From assembly GCA_963605405.1 (NCBI GenBank), contig CAVCUP010000011.1, positions 11,270 through 75,269 on the forward strand: a DNA stretch of 64,000 bases, read 5' to 3'. The notes under the pieces were generated by a model. The model searched no databases. It was not told where the DNA came from and saw only the letters and a program-made list of their open reading frames with translations. Source of the stretch: a bacterium (lineage in GTDB: Bacteria > Actinomycetota > Coriobacteriia > Coriobacteriales > Atopobiaceae). Below, piece by piece: positions 35,824 to 44,354 of this stretch. Numbering within the stretch: the first letter of the stretch is position 1; each line of letters begins with the position of its first letter. Made by a program: the position numbers and the translations under genes.

Positions 35824-38268
35824 CTAGCGGTCCCAAGCGGGAGGAACGGGCGCATCGGCCGACGACCAAGTGCCCAGAGGCGCGTTGGGCGCGGCGTCCA
35901 GAGTGAGGGGCGCAAAGTTGCCGGCGAGGTAGCTGCGCAGCGCCGGGATGCCGATCATGGCGGCGTTGTCGCCGCAGGCGCGCATGGGGGGCACCGTCAC
36001 GCGAACGCCCATCTTGCCAAAGGTCTTCTGGTACGCGCCGCGCAGCTCCGGGTTCGCCGCCACGCCGCCGCCGATGCAGATGTCCGAGACGCCCGTCTGC
36101 TCGACGGCCGTCCGGGCCTTGGCCACCTGCACGTCCACGACCGCTGCCTCGAAGCTCGCCGCGAGGTCGGGCAGGTTGATGGGCCGGCCGGCACGGTTCT
36201 CGCCCTCGATGTAGGTGATGACGGCCGTCTTGAGGCCGCTGAGGCTGAAGCTGTAGTCGCCCGAGTGCATCATGGCGCGCGGGAAGTGGATGGCCTTCTT
36301 GTTGCCCTTTGCCGCGAGCTTGCTGATCACGGGGCCGCCGGGATAGCCCAGGCCGAGCGCCTTGGCCACCTTGTCGAAGGCCTCCCCCACTGCGTCGTCA
36401 ATGGTCTGGCCGAGCACCTCGTAGTCGCCCCACGCGCGCACGTGGACGAGCATGGTGTTGCCGCCGGAGACGAGGCTCGCCACAAAGGGCGGCTCAAGGT
36501 CAGGCGTCTCGAAGAGATTCGCCATCAGGTGGCCCTCGAGGTGGTGCACGGCAATAAGCGGCAGGTCAGCGGCGGCGCAGAGGCCCTTTGCGAAGGCAAC
36601 GCCAACCACGAGCGCGCCCACTAGGCCCGGCCCCGCGGTCACGCCCACGGCGGCCAGGTCGGACGGCGCCAGGGTGTCCACGCCGAAGTGCTCGCCGGCG
36701 CGGGCGAGTGTCTCCTCAAAGACGCCGACGATGGCCTCGGTGTGCTTGCGGCTCGCGATCTCGGGCACGACGCCGCCGAAGCGCGCGTGGAAGTCGATCT
36801 GGGTCGCCACGACGCTCGCGCATACGACGCCGTGCGAATCCGTTACGGCCATGGCGGTCTCGTCGCAGGAGGACTCGATGGAGAGGATGAGCGGGCCCGC
36901 GGCTGCTATTGCGGCGGCGGCAGCGTCGTCGCGCGGCGCGGGCTGGATGGGCCAGGGGCGAATGGACGCGCGCGGCGCGGGGTCGCGGTCCGCATCGGGA
37001 GAGACGTCAACGAGCGGCAGGTCGGCACGCATGATTCGCGCATCGTGGCCCGCGCCGTAGTAGTTGGGGCGCACGCCGGCCTCGGTATAGCCGAGCTTCT
37101 CATAGAGCTTCTCGGCGGCAGCGTTTCCGACCTCGACCTCAAGCGTGGACCACGTGGCGTTGAGCATCTGCGCGTCGTAGGCCACGCGCGCGAGCAGGCG
37201 CGCGGCGATGCCCTCGCGGCGGCGGCCGGCGACCACGGCGACGTTGGCCACCTGCAGCTCATCGGCCACGACGGTTCCGCCCGCGTAGCCGATGACCTGG
37301 CCGCGGTCGTGCGCGACCCACCACACGTGATTGCGCGTGGTCACGTCTTCATAAAAGACCTGCTCGGACCACGGCTCGTGGTTGGCGTCGGCAAAGACCT
37401 CGGCCTCGAGCTCGGCCACGGCATGGACGTCGTTGACCGTCATGGGGCGCAGCTGCGAGTGAATGCCCGCAAGCGCGTCGTCGCAGCCGGTGAGCTCGAC
37501 GGTAGCGGGCTTCTTGAGGCCGAGGCGCGTGCGCTCGGTCTCCTCGGCGTCGGAAAGGCGCGTGTAGATGGGCAGCACGAGCGCAGGATCGCCGAGGGTG
37601 CCGCCGGCAGGAGCCGCGTGGAACACGTCAGCCCCGGCAGCCGCGCGAAGAAGCCCCTCGCCCGTGGGCCACCAGGCTCCCTCGGACGCCGTGCAATCCG
37701 CCGAGAAGCCCGCCGCCTCGAAGCGCTCGCGATACTTGACCAGGCCGTTTCCAGAAAGCGTGAGGTCTCCGGCGTCCGCACGGGCCGCAAGGTCGGCCAC
37801 GGCGGCGTCGGCCTTAACGACCGTCTCGGCCGCGAAGGTGCGGTGCGCGCCCGCGTCGTCCAGCCGATAGATGCCCGGGTAGACCTCGCCGCGCATGGCG
37901 TCGCCCATCACCGCGAGCGTGCCGCGCGCGCCGGCCGCATGGGCCGACCACGCCATCGCGTCGAGCGCCGAAACGCCAAAGAGGGGCAGCCCCGCGCCGC
38001 ACGCCAGGCCCTTGGCCGTGGCGATGCCGATGCGCACGCCCGTGAAGGAGCCGGGGCCGCGCCCCACGAGCACCGCATCGACGTCGGCCATGGTAAGGCC
38101 GGCTTCTGTCAGCGCTTCTTTGCACGTGGAGACGAGCTCTACGTTCGCCTGACGGCGGCACATGTGGTCGCGGCAAGAAAGGACCTCGACCGCGCTTCCG
38201 TCCACGCGCCCCACGGCGCAGGCGAGCATGTCGGTCGAGGTATCGAGGGCAAGGACGATCATGGGCAT
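35824..38268 (-). CDS. tsaBD: Triple fusion: TsaB + RimI acetyltransferase + TsaD (tRNA t6A37 machinery)
   Basis: aa 1-~270 are TsaB-like (IVLALDTSTDMLACAV, GPGSFTGVRIG). aa ~275-460 are a GNAT/RimI domain (VIGYAGG...LQVANVAVVAGRRREGIAARLL). aa ~465-814 are TsaD (ILSIESSCDETAMAV, HLEGHL, GGVAAN). It is one uninterrupted 814-codon ORF. Confidence 0.88.
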   Translation of the reverse strand: MPMIVLALDTSTDMLACAVGRVDGSAVEVLSCRDHMCRRQANVELVSTCKEALTEAGLTMADVDAVLVGRGPGSFTGVRIGIATAKGLACGAGLPLFGVSALDAMAWSAHAAGARGTLAVMGDAMRGEVYPGIYRLDDAGAHRTFAAETVVKADAAVADLAARADAGDLTLSGNGLVKYRERFEAAGFSADCTASEGAWWPTGEGLLRAAAGADVFHAAPAGGTLGDPALVLPIYTRLSDAEETERTRLGLKKPATVELTGCDDALAGIHSQLRPMTVNDVHAVAELEAEVFADANHEPWSEQVFYEDVTTRNHVWWVAHDRGQVIGYAGGTVVADELQVANVAVVAGRRREGIAARLLARVAYDAQMLNATWSTLEVEVGNAAAEKLYEKLGYTEAGVRPNYYGAGHDARIMRADLPLVDVSPDADRDPAPRASIRPWPIQPAPRDDAAAAAIAAAGPLILSIESSCDETAMAVTDSHGVVCASVVATQIDFHARFGGVVPEIASRKHTEAIVGVFEETLARAGEHFGVDTLAPSDLAAVGVTAGPGLVGALVVGVAFAKGLCAAADLPLIAVHHLEGHLMANLFETPDLEPPFVASLVSGGNTMLVHVRAWGDYEVLGQTIDDAVGEAFDKVAKALGLGYPGGPVISKLAAKGNKKAIHFPRAMMHSGDYSFSLSGLKTAVITYIEGENRAGRPINLPDLAASFEAAVVDVQVAKARTAVEQTGVSDICIGGGVAANPELRGAYQKTFGKMGVRVTVPPMRACGDNAAMIGIPALRSYLAGNFAPLTLDAAPNAPLGTWSSADAPVPPAWDR

Positions 38269-38371
38269 TCCTTCTTCGCAGATTCAACGCCCCTTAGTGT
38301 AACGCCGCGTGCGGCCGCGTCCCTCGGTGCATCTCTTGCTTCGAGGGGCTGCCCGGTGAAGCCGCTCCCGG

Positions 38372-38812
38372 CTACCCGTTCATCTGCGCGTGCTCGGCAG
38401 CGACGGCCTCGATGAGGCGCACAAGCGGCCACGTTTTGTTCTGCTTGGTAAGAACCGCCTTCGGACCCACGACGCACCCCGCCTCGCGGCATCCGGAAAT
38501 AAACCCGTTGACCTGCGCTTCGTTCATGTTGCACAGAAGGACGAAATCACCCTCGGGCAGCGGTCCCGCATAGTCGGTGAACGCCGGGCGAAACCCCACG
38601 AGGCCCGCGAACGCTCCCGCCGGGTCGCCCAGACGCGCCGGCGCGGCCACCCGCACGCGCACTCCGAGCCCGCGCAGCACCTCGCGCACCGCGTCGCCCT
38701 TCTTGCCGGCCGCCTCCCCGAAGGAAGGGTCAAGCCCCCAGAGCACCGCCGTGGCGACGGGCACCGAGGGCTTGACCTTCTTGGCAGCCTTTTTGTTCGG
38801 CTTACCAGCCAT
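38372..38812 (-). CDS. DUF3783-like small protein
   Basis: MAGKPNKKAAKKVKPS...FVLLCNMNEAQVNGFISGCREAG... The family is assigned from memory. The ORF-track start at 39169 runs into the rubrerythrin gene and is rejected. Confidence 0.5.
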   Translation of the reverse strand: MAGKPNKKAAKKVKPSVPVATAVLWGLDPSFGEAAGKKGDAVREVLRGLGVRVRVAAPARLGDPAGAFAGLVGFRPAFTDYAGPLPEGDFVLLCNMNEAQVNGFISGCREAGCVVGPKAVLTKQNKTWPLVRLIEAVAAEHAQMNG

Positions 38813-38817
38813 GCCGC

Positions 38818-39405
38818 TTAGCCGAAGTAGCGGTCGAGCAGGCCCTTGAGAGCCTTGCCGTGGCGAGCCTCGTCGCGAGCCATCTCGTGCACGGTGTCGT
38901 GGATGGCGTCGAGGCCGTTCTTCTTGGCGCAGGCGGCCAGCTCGACCTTGCCGGCGGTGGCGCCGAACTCGCAGTCGACGCGCCAGGCCAGGTTGTCCTT
39001 GGTGGTGGCCTTCATGTTCGGCTCGAGCTCGGTGCCCAGGAGCTCGGCGAACTTGGCGGCGTGCTCGGCCTCCTCGTAAGCGGCCTTCTCCCAGTAGAGA
39101 CCAACCTCGGGATAGCCCTCGCGGTGGGCGATGCGGGCCATGCAGAGATACATGCCGACCTCGGAGCACTCGCCAGTGAAGTTGGCCTTGAGCTGCTCGA
39201 GGATGTAGGCCTTGTCCTCGTCGGAGATGTCGGGGTTGTCCTTGACGGTCTTGTCGTAGACGCCGTACTCGTGCTCGGCGGCGAGCTCGAGCTCACCCTC
39301 GACCTTCTCGAACATCTTGGCCGGAGCGTGGCAGACAGGGCACTCCGCGGGCGGCTCGGCGCCCTCGTAGATGTAACCGCAGACCTTGCAAACCCACTTA
39401 TCCAT
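38818..39405 (-). CDS. Reverse rubrerythrin (N-terminal rubredoxin-like domain, C-terminal ferritin-like diiron domain)
   Basis: [28 protein letters not shown] is the CxxC..CxxC rubredoxin-like domain. ExxH motifs follow ([18 protein letters not shown]). The ORF-track start at 39825 is rejected. Confidence 0.9.
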   Translation of the reverse strand: MDKWVCKVCGYIYEGAEPPAECPVCHAPAKMFEKVEGELELAAEHEYGVYDKTVKDNPDISDEDKAYILEQLKANFTGECSEVGMYLCMARIAHREGYPEVGLYWEKAAYEEAEHAAKFAELLGTELEPNMKATTKDNLAWRVDCEFGATAGKVELAACAKKNGLDAIHDTVHEMARDEARHGKALKGLLDRYFG

Positions 39406-39488
39406 GATGCGTTCCTCTCTCTTGGGCGAGCGCCCGTGCGCCCGCGCCTCCACTGTCGCGCAACCGCCTCCCCAGGCGGTCGTTTGAG

Positions 39489-39872
39489 CTAAGCCTTCTG
39501 GCAAGCAGGGCAGATGCCGTCGAACTGCAGCGTGTGCCCCAAGATCCGATAACCCGAGGTCTTCGCCGCGTCGGCTTCGATACCGCCGGGCACGCTGACC
39601 TCGACGTCGTCCACGCAACCGCACATCGTGCAGCGCACGTGGTAGTGATCGAACACTTGGTGGTCGAAGTGATCGGCGCCGTTGTTGATCTTGACCTTGA
39701 GCGCGACACCGTCCTCGGAGAGCTTGTTGAGGAGGCGGTACACCGTCGCCTTGCTGATGGTCGGGTGCTCGGCGTGGACCGCTTCGAAGACCTCGTCTGC
39801 CGTGGGATGATTGGCCAGGCCGCACAGCGCTTCAAGCACGATCTCGCGTTGAACCGTGTTGCGCGCGCTCAT
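39489..39872 (-). CDS. Fur family (PerR-like) transcriptional regulator
   Basis: 127 aa. It has the winged helix [30 protein letters not shown], the HHHxxC region [10 protein letters not shown] and a C-terminal CPACQ. It sits directly upstream of the rubrerythrin gene. Confidence 0.88.
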   Translation of the reverse strand: MSARNTVQREIVLEALCGLANHPTADEVFEAVHAEHPTISKATVYRLLNKLSEDGVALKVKINNGADHFDHQVFDHYHVRCTMCGCVDDVEVSVPGGIEADAAKTSGYRILGHTLQFDGICPACQKA

Positions 39873-39914
39873 CCGGCCTCCCCTCGCTTCGGCGTCTTCC
39901 TGCTTGCTGAGGTA

Positions 39915-39943
39915 ACTATAGCCTTAATAGGAATGAGTATCAA
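39915..39943 (-). promoter_or_regulatory. Sigma-70-type promoter of the perR-like/rubrerythrin operon inside an AT-rich island
   Basis: On the minus strand: TTGATA (39943..39938), a 17-nt spacer, TATAGT (39920..39915), about 40 nt upstream of the start codon. The direct repeat CCTATTGA/CCTATTAA overlaps the -35 element and the spacer. Confidence 0.6.
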
Positions 39944-40022
39944 TAGGTATTTTTTACTATTTAGTTAGCCATAGCCAACTCCTCGGCGAGCTCTGGCCTT
40001 CTTCCTCCGGGAGGGCCACGTG

Positions 40023-40239
40023 CCTGCAAGCTTTTAGCGCAAGTGCGGCGTAGGGAGGCATTCCGTGCAAAGTTTCAACGCAAGTGCGACGTAAAAACCT
40101 GGCGCCCGAGACCCCTAGAGGCTAAATCAGGCCCTAAACCCCCATCAAATAGGGGTTTAGGGCCTTACTTACGTCGCACTTGAGGCAAAACCTTGCACCC
40201 GACCACTGTTTACGTCGCACTTGGGATGAAACTTTGCAG
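40023..40239. repeat. Composite palindromic (MITE/REP-like) element: two direct plus two inverted ~30-nt units around a 13-bp central hairpin
   Basis: The core CAAGTGCG(G/A)CGTA is at 40040..40052 and 40081..40094. Its complement TTACGTCGCACTTG is at 40169..40182 and 40210..40223. The central hairpin is GGCCCTAAACCCC (40130..40142) / GGGGTTTAGGGCC (40152..40164). Confidence 0.8.
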
Positions 40240-40260
40240 TCAGGAAGGGGAAGCGGAACG

Positions 40261-40701
40261 TTACGCGATGTCGATGGCACGTGGCGGCTCCTGGCCGGGC
40301 TCCGCGGCCTCGTCCAGGCGCGTCACGCGCACGCTTACGTAGTCGCCGAGCTCGTCCGCGAACTGCTCGCCCCACTCAATGACGCAGACGCCATCGGCGC
40401 CGAGCACGTCATAGAGCCCAATGTCCTCAAGCTGGTCGGGGTCGTCGAGGCGGTACAGGTCGAAGTGGTAGAGCGGCAGTCGCCCTCCCTCGTAGACCAT
40501 CTCGATGGTAAAGGTCGGGCTCGTCACGTCTCCCTCACAGCCCAGCGCGGCGGCGATACCCTTGGTGAGCTGCGTCTTCCCCGCGCCTAGGTCGCCCGTG
40601 AGCACAAGGACGTCGCCGGCGACGAGTTCTTGCCCAAGCTGCTCGCCCACGGCGATGGTCTCGGCCTGCGAATTGGTCACGAAGTGCTGAGGGATCTTCA
40701 T
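40261..40701 (-). CDS. tsaE: tRNA t6A37 biosynthesis ATPase TsaE
   Basis: 146 aa with the P-loop GDLGAGKTQLTKGIA and the ...LYHFDLYRL motif. Confidence 0.92.
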   Translation of the reverse strand: MKIPQHFVTNSQAETIAVGEQLGQELVAGDVLVLTGDLGAGKTQLTKGIAAALGCEGDVTSPTFTIEMVYEGGRLPLYHFDLYRLDDPDQLEDIGLYDVLGADGVCVIEWGEQFADELGDYVSVRVTRLDEAAEPGQEPPRAIDIA

Positions 40702-41411
40702 CGGGTATCTCCTTGGTTAACAAAAAGTTCGGGCGGTGCGCCAGCGGGCTCAGGATGCGGAACGTGCGGCGCCGACGTACCGGGGGCAGGGGCGGACCCT
40801 TGCGTTTCCTCCGGGTGCGCAGTGAGCCATTCCCCCACCATCTGTAAGTCCTGGATAAGCAGCGGTTCCCACTCGGAGTGGTAGATGCACGCCGCCGGAT
40901 GGAACGTCGCGCACACCATGAAGTGCCCCACCTGGTGCAGCTCTCCGCGCAAACTGGTCACACCCCTGTTCGTGCGCAAGACGAACTGCGAGGCGAAGTT
41001 GCCCAGGCACACGATGACATCGGGCCATACGCTGCGGATCTGCTCCCGCAAAAACGGCGAGCAGGCAGCGATTTCCTCCGGGCGCGGATTGCGGTTCCCG
41101 GGCGGGCGGCATTTGAGCACATTGGCGATGTAGACCTCGTCGCGCGTCAGCCCTGCATAACGCAGCAACGCGTCGAGCTTGTGCCCCGCCGCGCCCACAA
41201 ACGGCTCCCCCTGCAGGTCCTCGTTGCGCCCCGGCCCCTCGCCCACGAACATCACGCGCGCAGCGGGGTTGCCCGCGCCGAACACCAGGTTCGTTCGCGT
41301 CTGCCCAAGCGGGCAGAGCTGGCAGTTGCCCATAAGTTCGCGAATCTCGTCGAGAGAGACCTCGCGCGGGCCCTGTTTGGAATGGCCGGGGATCCTCATG
41401 ACGCCCATCAC
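40698..41411 (-). CDS. udg: Uracil-DNA glycosylase, family 4
   Basis: CQLCPLGQTRTNLVFGAGNPAARVMFVGEGPGRNEDLQGEPFVGAAGHKLD, with HPAA near the C-terminus. It overlaps tsaE by 4 nt. Confidence 0.9.
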   Translation of the reverse strand: MMGVMRIPGHSKQGPREVSLDEIRELMGNCQLCPLGQTRTNLVFGAGNPAARVMFVGEGPGRNEDLQGEPFVGAAGHKLDALLRYAGLTRDEVYIANVLKCRPPGNRNPRPEEIAACSPFLREQIRSVWPDVIVCLGNFASQFVLRTNRGVTSLRGELHQVGHFMVCATFHPAACIYHSEWEPLLIQDLQMVGEWLTAHPEETQGSAPAPGTSAPHVPHPEPAGAPPELFVNQGDTR

Positions 41412-41420
41412 GACGCCGCC

Positions 41421-42581
41421 TTAGACGTAAATCTTCTCGAGGCGCAGGCCAAAGCCGCAAACGACCTCGTAATTGATGGTGCCGCGCAGCCGGGCCATCT
41501 CGTCGGCGCCAATGTACTCGTCGCCGTCGCGGCCGATGATAGTGACCACGTCCCCTTCGCGGACCTCGGGCGTGGGGCAATACATGCGCGTGGTGTTCAC
41601 GTCCACGGCGAACATGAACTGGTCCATGCAGATATTGCCCACCTGCGGCTGCCGCCGGCCTCCCACGATGACATCCATATTGTTAGACAGCGTGCGAGAA
41701 AGGCCGTCGGCATAGCCCACCGGCACGGTGGCGATTTGGATGTTGCGCTTGGGCACGCGATAGGTCATGCCGTAACCGACGCCTGCCCCGACCTCGGGAT
41801 ACACGACGCGCGTCACGCGACCGCGCACGCTCATCACAGGCTCGAGCTCCATCGACGCGCGCGTGGTTTCGGCGGGGTGCAGCCCATAGAGGCCGATGCC
41901 CACGCGACACATGTCGAAGTGGCACTCGGGGTGAAGCATGGTGCCGGGGGTGTTGTCGCAGTGGACGAGACCGCAGTCGAGCCCCGCATCGTGGATGGCC
42001 TGGCAGGTGTTTCGGAATCGGTTGAGCTGCAGCGCGAAGTCCCAGTCATCGGGAACGTCCGCCGTGGCGAAGTGGGTGAACGTGCCCGCACACTCGAGGC
42101 CGCGGTGGAAGTCGATGGTGCGGCGCAGCTCAAGGGCGTCCGAAGGGGCGACGCCGATCCGCGTCATTCCGGTGTCGACGATGAGGTGGTACTGCGCGAC
42201 CGTGCCCGCAGAGGCCGCCGCCTCACCGAGCGCGAGCGCGAACTCCGCGTCGTAGACGCTGGGCATGAGCCGATGCTCGACGAGCTCCTCCACGCAGTCG
42301 ATAGGCGGCTGAGAAAGGATCAGAATAGGCCACTCGATGCCGGCCTCGCGCAGCTCGACGCCCTCGGCCACGGTGGCCACGGCGAACTGCTCTGCGCCGG
42401 CGGTGTGCATCGCGCTCACGCAGCGGACGGCCCCGTGCCCGTAGGCGTCGGCCTTGACCACGCACATGAGCCGCGTGCCGCGCGCGAGGCGACGCCTGTA
42501 CGCCGCGGTGTTGCGCCTGAGCGCCGAGAGGTCGACCTCCACCCAAGACCAGCGGTCGTCCGGGCATGTCTTCCTAGCCAT
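41421..42581 (-). CDS. alr: Alanine racemase
   Basis: It has the PLP motif VVKADAYGHGAV and the C-terminal ...INYEVVCGFG.RL. The start is MARKTCPDDRWSWVEVDL. The ORF-track start at 42713 is rejected. Confidence 0.93.
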   Translation of the reverse strand: MARKTCPDDRWSWVEVDLSALRRNTAAYRRRLARGTRLMCVVKADAYGHGAVRCVSAMHTAGAEQFAVATVAEGVELREAGIEWPILILSQPPIDCVEELVEHRLMPSVYDAEFALALGEAAASAGTVAQYHLIVDTGMTRIGVAPSDALELRRTIDFHRGLECAGTFTHFATADVPDDWDFALQLNRFRNTCQAIHDAGLDCGLVHCDNTPGTMLHPECHFDMCRVGIGLYGLHPAETTRASMELEPVMSVRGRVTRVVYPEVGAGVGYGMTYRVPKRNIQIATVPVGYADGLSRTLSNNMDVIVGGRRQPQVGNICMDQFMFAVDVNTTRMYCPTPEVREGDVVTIIGRDGDEYIGADEMARLRGTINYEVVCGFGLRLEKIYV

Positions 42582-42740
42582 GATGCTCCTTCCCGCGCCC
42601 ACGGCGCCGCGTTGCCCCCGCGCGTTACCGTGCAGGCCAACAGCCTTATCGCGCCGGCAAGAGGCGCCCGCCCGCAGCAGGCCCCTCGCCAAGGCGACGG
42701 CGCGCCGGCCCATACGAGGCGGCCCGGCGAGCCGCGATTC

Positions 42741-44351
42741 CTACTGTGCCTCGGCCACGTCCGACGAGAGGGCGTGCTCCTCCACCACGTCCGCAGCTAG
42801 GCCGATGCGGTCGATGAGGTCGCAGGCCATGACGCCGCGCGACCCGAACGCCTCGGCGGCGAGGGTGCCCGCGTAACCGTGAATCTCGCACACAAGGGCG
42901 CACAGCAGCGGCAGGTTGTTGAACTCGCCGTGGGCCTGGGCGAGGTAGCTCGCTATCATGCCGGCCAGCACGTCTCCCGAGCCGGCGGTGGCAAGAGCCG
43001 CAGGGCCGGGCTTGGGCAGCACGGCCTGATCCACACCCACGCATGCGGTCGCGCTCGCCTTAGCAACGACGACCAGGTCGGAGCCTCCGTCGGTCCAGAT
43101 GATGTCGCGAGCGAGGCTGAGCTGCTCCTGCAGGGACGTCGGCGGGTTGTCCGCGCGCCCCACGAGGCGGCCGAGCTCCTTGCGGTGCGGCGTGAGGACG
43201 AGCGGGGCCTCTCGGCGCGTGAGGTCGGGGAAGTCGGTGATGTTGTACTCGGTCAGGCGCGCGAGGCAGTTAAGGCCGTCGGCATCCACGACGAGCGGCA
43301 CATCGGTACGAAGAAGCGCGCTCACGCAGGCCACGGGGCCTCCGGCCACGCGCATGCCGGGACCGATGAGGGCGGCGGAGTTGCGCTCGGCCAGGACGGC
43401 CACACGCTCGGCCGCGGCGTCGGTGAGGACGCCGTCGATGTCGCAGGGAAGGCCCACGACGGGAATCTCGAGTACCTGGGGCTGCACAATAGGCACGATG
43501 GCCTCGGGCACGGCGAGGGTCACGTAACCGGCGCCGGCGCGGGCGGCAGCGCGGGCGGCCATCACCGGGGCGCCCGGGAAGCGGGAGGAGCCGCCCACCA
43601 CGAGCACAGAGCCGCGGGTGAACTTATCCTGCGCGAGCGACGGCTCGACAACAACATCCATGTAATCGGCCAGATCCGTGCGCCAGGCCACGGGGTCGGC
43701 CTCCACGACGAGCCGCTCGGTCTGCTCGGCCAGGGGCGCCACGACGATGACGCCGCAGGAATCGCGGCCGGCGTCGGCCAGGAGACCCGGCTTGAGGGAA
43801 ACCATCGTGACCGTCATGTCCGCGATAACGCAGGGACCCTCGGCCAGGCCGGTCTGGGCAGAAAGGCCGCTCGGCACGTCCACCGAGACCACGCGCGCGT
43901 CCGAACCGTTGATGCACTCGATCCAGATGTCGAAGGGGGTGCGGACCTCGCCGTGGAAGCCCGTGCCGAGCATGCAGTCGACCACCGTGTCCGCGCCCTC
44001 GAGCGCGGCGAGGACCTCTTCGCGCGAGGGCCCGATGAGGGCGGGGACCCCGGAGCGCATGGCACCTTGGGCCACCTGGCGCGCGAGGTCGCCGGAGAGC
44101 TGGTCGGGGTCCACCGCAGTGACCACCGTGACGGCCGCGCCCCTGGAAAGAAGCGCCTCGGCGCACACCCAGCCGTCGCCGCCGTTGTTGCCCATGCCGC
44201 AGAAAACGACGATGTTGCGGGCGCCGAGCTCGAGGACCTCGCGCGCGGCGGCGCAACCCGCCCGGTGCATGAGCTCCGAGACGCTCACGCCCACGCGGGT
44301 GAGACCGACCTCGACACGTTTGATGTCCTCGATGTTGAGCACTGGCTGCAT
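42741..44351 (-). CDS. nnr: Bifunctional NAD(P)H-hydrate epimerase / ADP-dependent dehydratase
   Basis: The N-terminal part is YjeF_N-like (VVFCGMGNNGGDGWV). The C-terminal part is a carbohydrate-kinase-like domain (GGSSRFPGAPVMAA, GSGDVLAGMIA). Confidence 0.92.
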   Translation of the reverse strand: MQPVLNIEDIKRVEVGLTRVGVSVSELMHRAGCAAAREVLELGARNIVVFCGMGNNGGDGWVCAEALLSRGAAVTVVTAVDPDQLSGDLARQVAQGAMRSGVPALIGPSREEVLAALEGADTVVDCMLGTGFHGEVRTPFDIWIECINGSDARVVSVDVPSGLSAQTGLAEGPCVIADMTVTMVSLKPGLLADAGRDSCGVIVVAPLAEQTERLVVEADPVAWRTDLADYMDVVVEPSLAQDKFTRGSVLVVGGSSRFPGAPVMAARAAARAGAGYVTLAVPEAIVPIVQPQVLEIPVVGLPCDIDGVLTDAAAERVAVLAERNSAALIGPGMRVAGGPVACVSALLRTDVPLVVDADGLNCLARLTEYNITDFPDLTRREAPLVLTPHRKELGRLVGRADNPPTSLQEQLSLARDIIWTDGGSDLVVVAKASATACVGVDQAVLPKPGPAALATAGSGDVLAGMIASYLAQAHGEFNNLPLLCALVCEIHGYAGTLAAEAFGSRGVMACDLIDRIGLAADVVEEHALSSDVAEAQ

Positions 44352-44354
44352 GTG

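Noticed and set aside
38818-39825. 335-aa and 265-aa extended ORFs (38818..39825 and 38372..39169) covering rubrerythrin/Fur and DUF3783/rubrerythrin
   Set aside because: Their upstream parts are Arg-rich out-of-context read-through that overlaps the neighbouring genes. Internal ATGs at 39405 and 38812 give complete family-typical N-termini.
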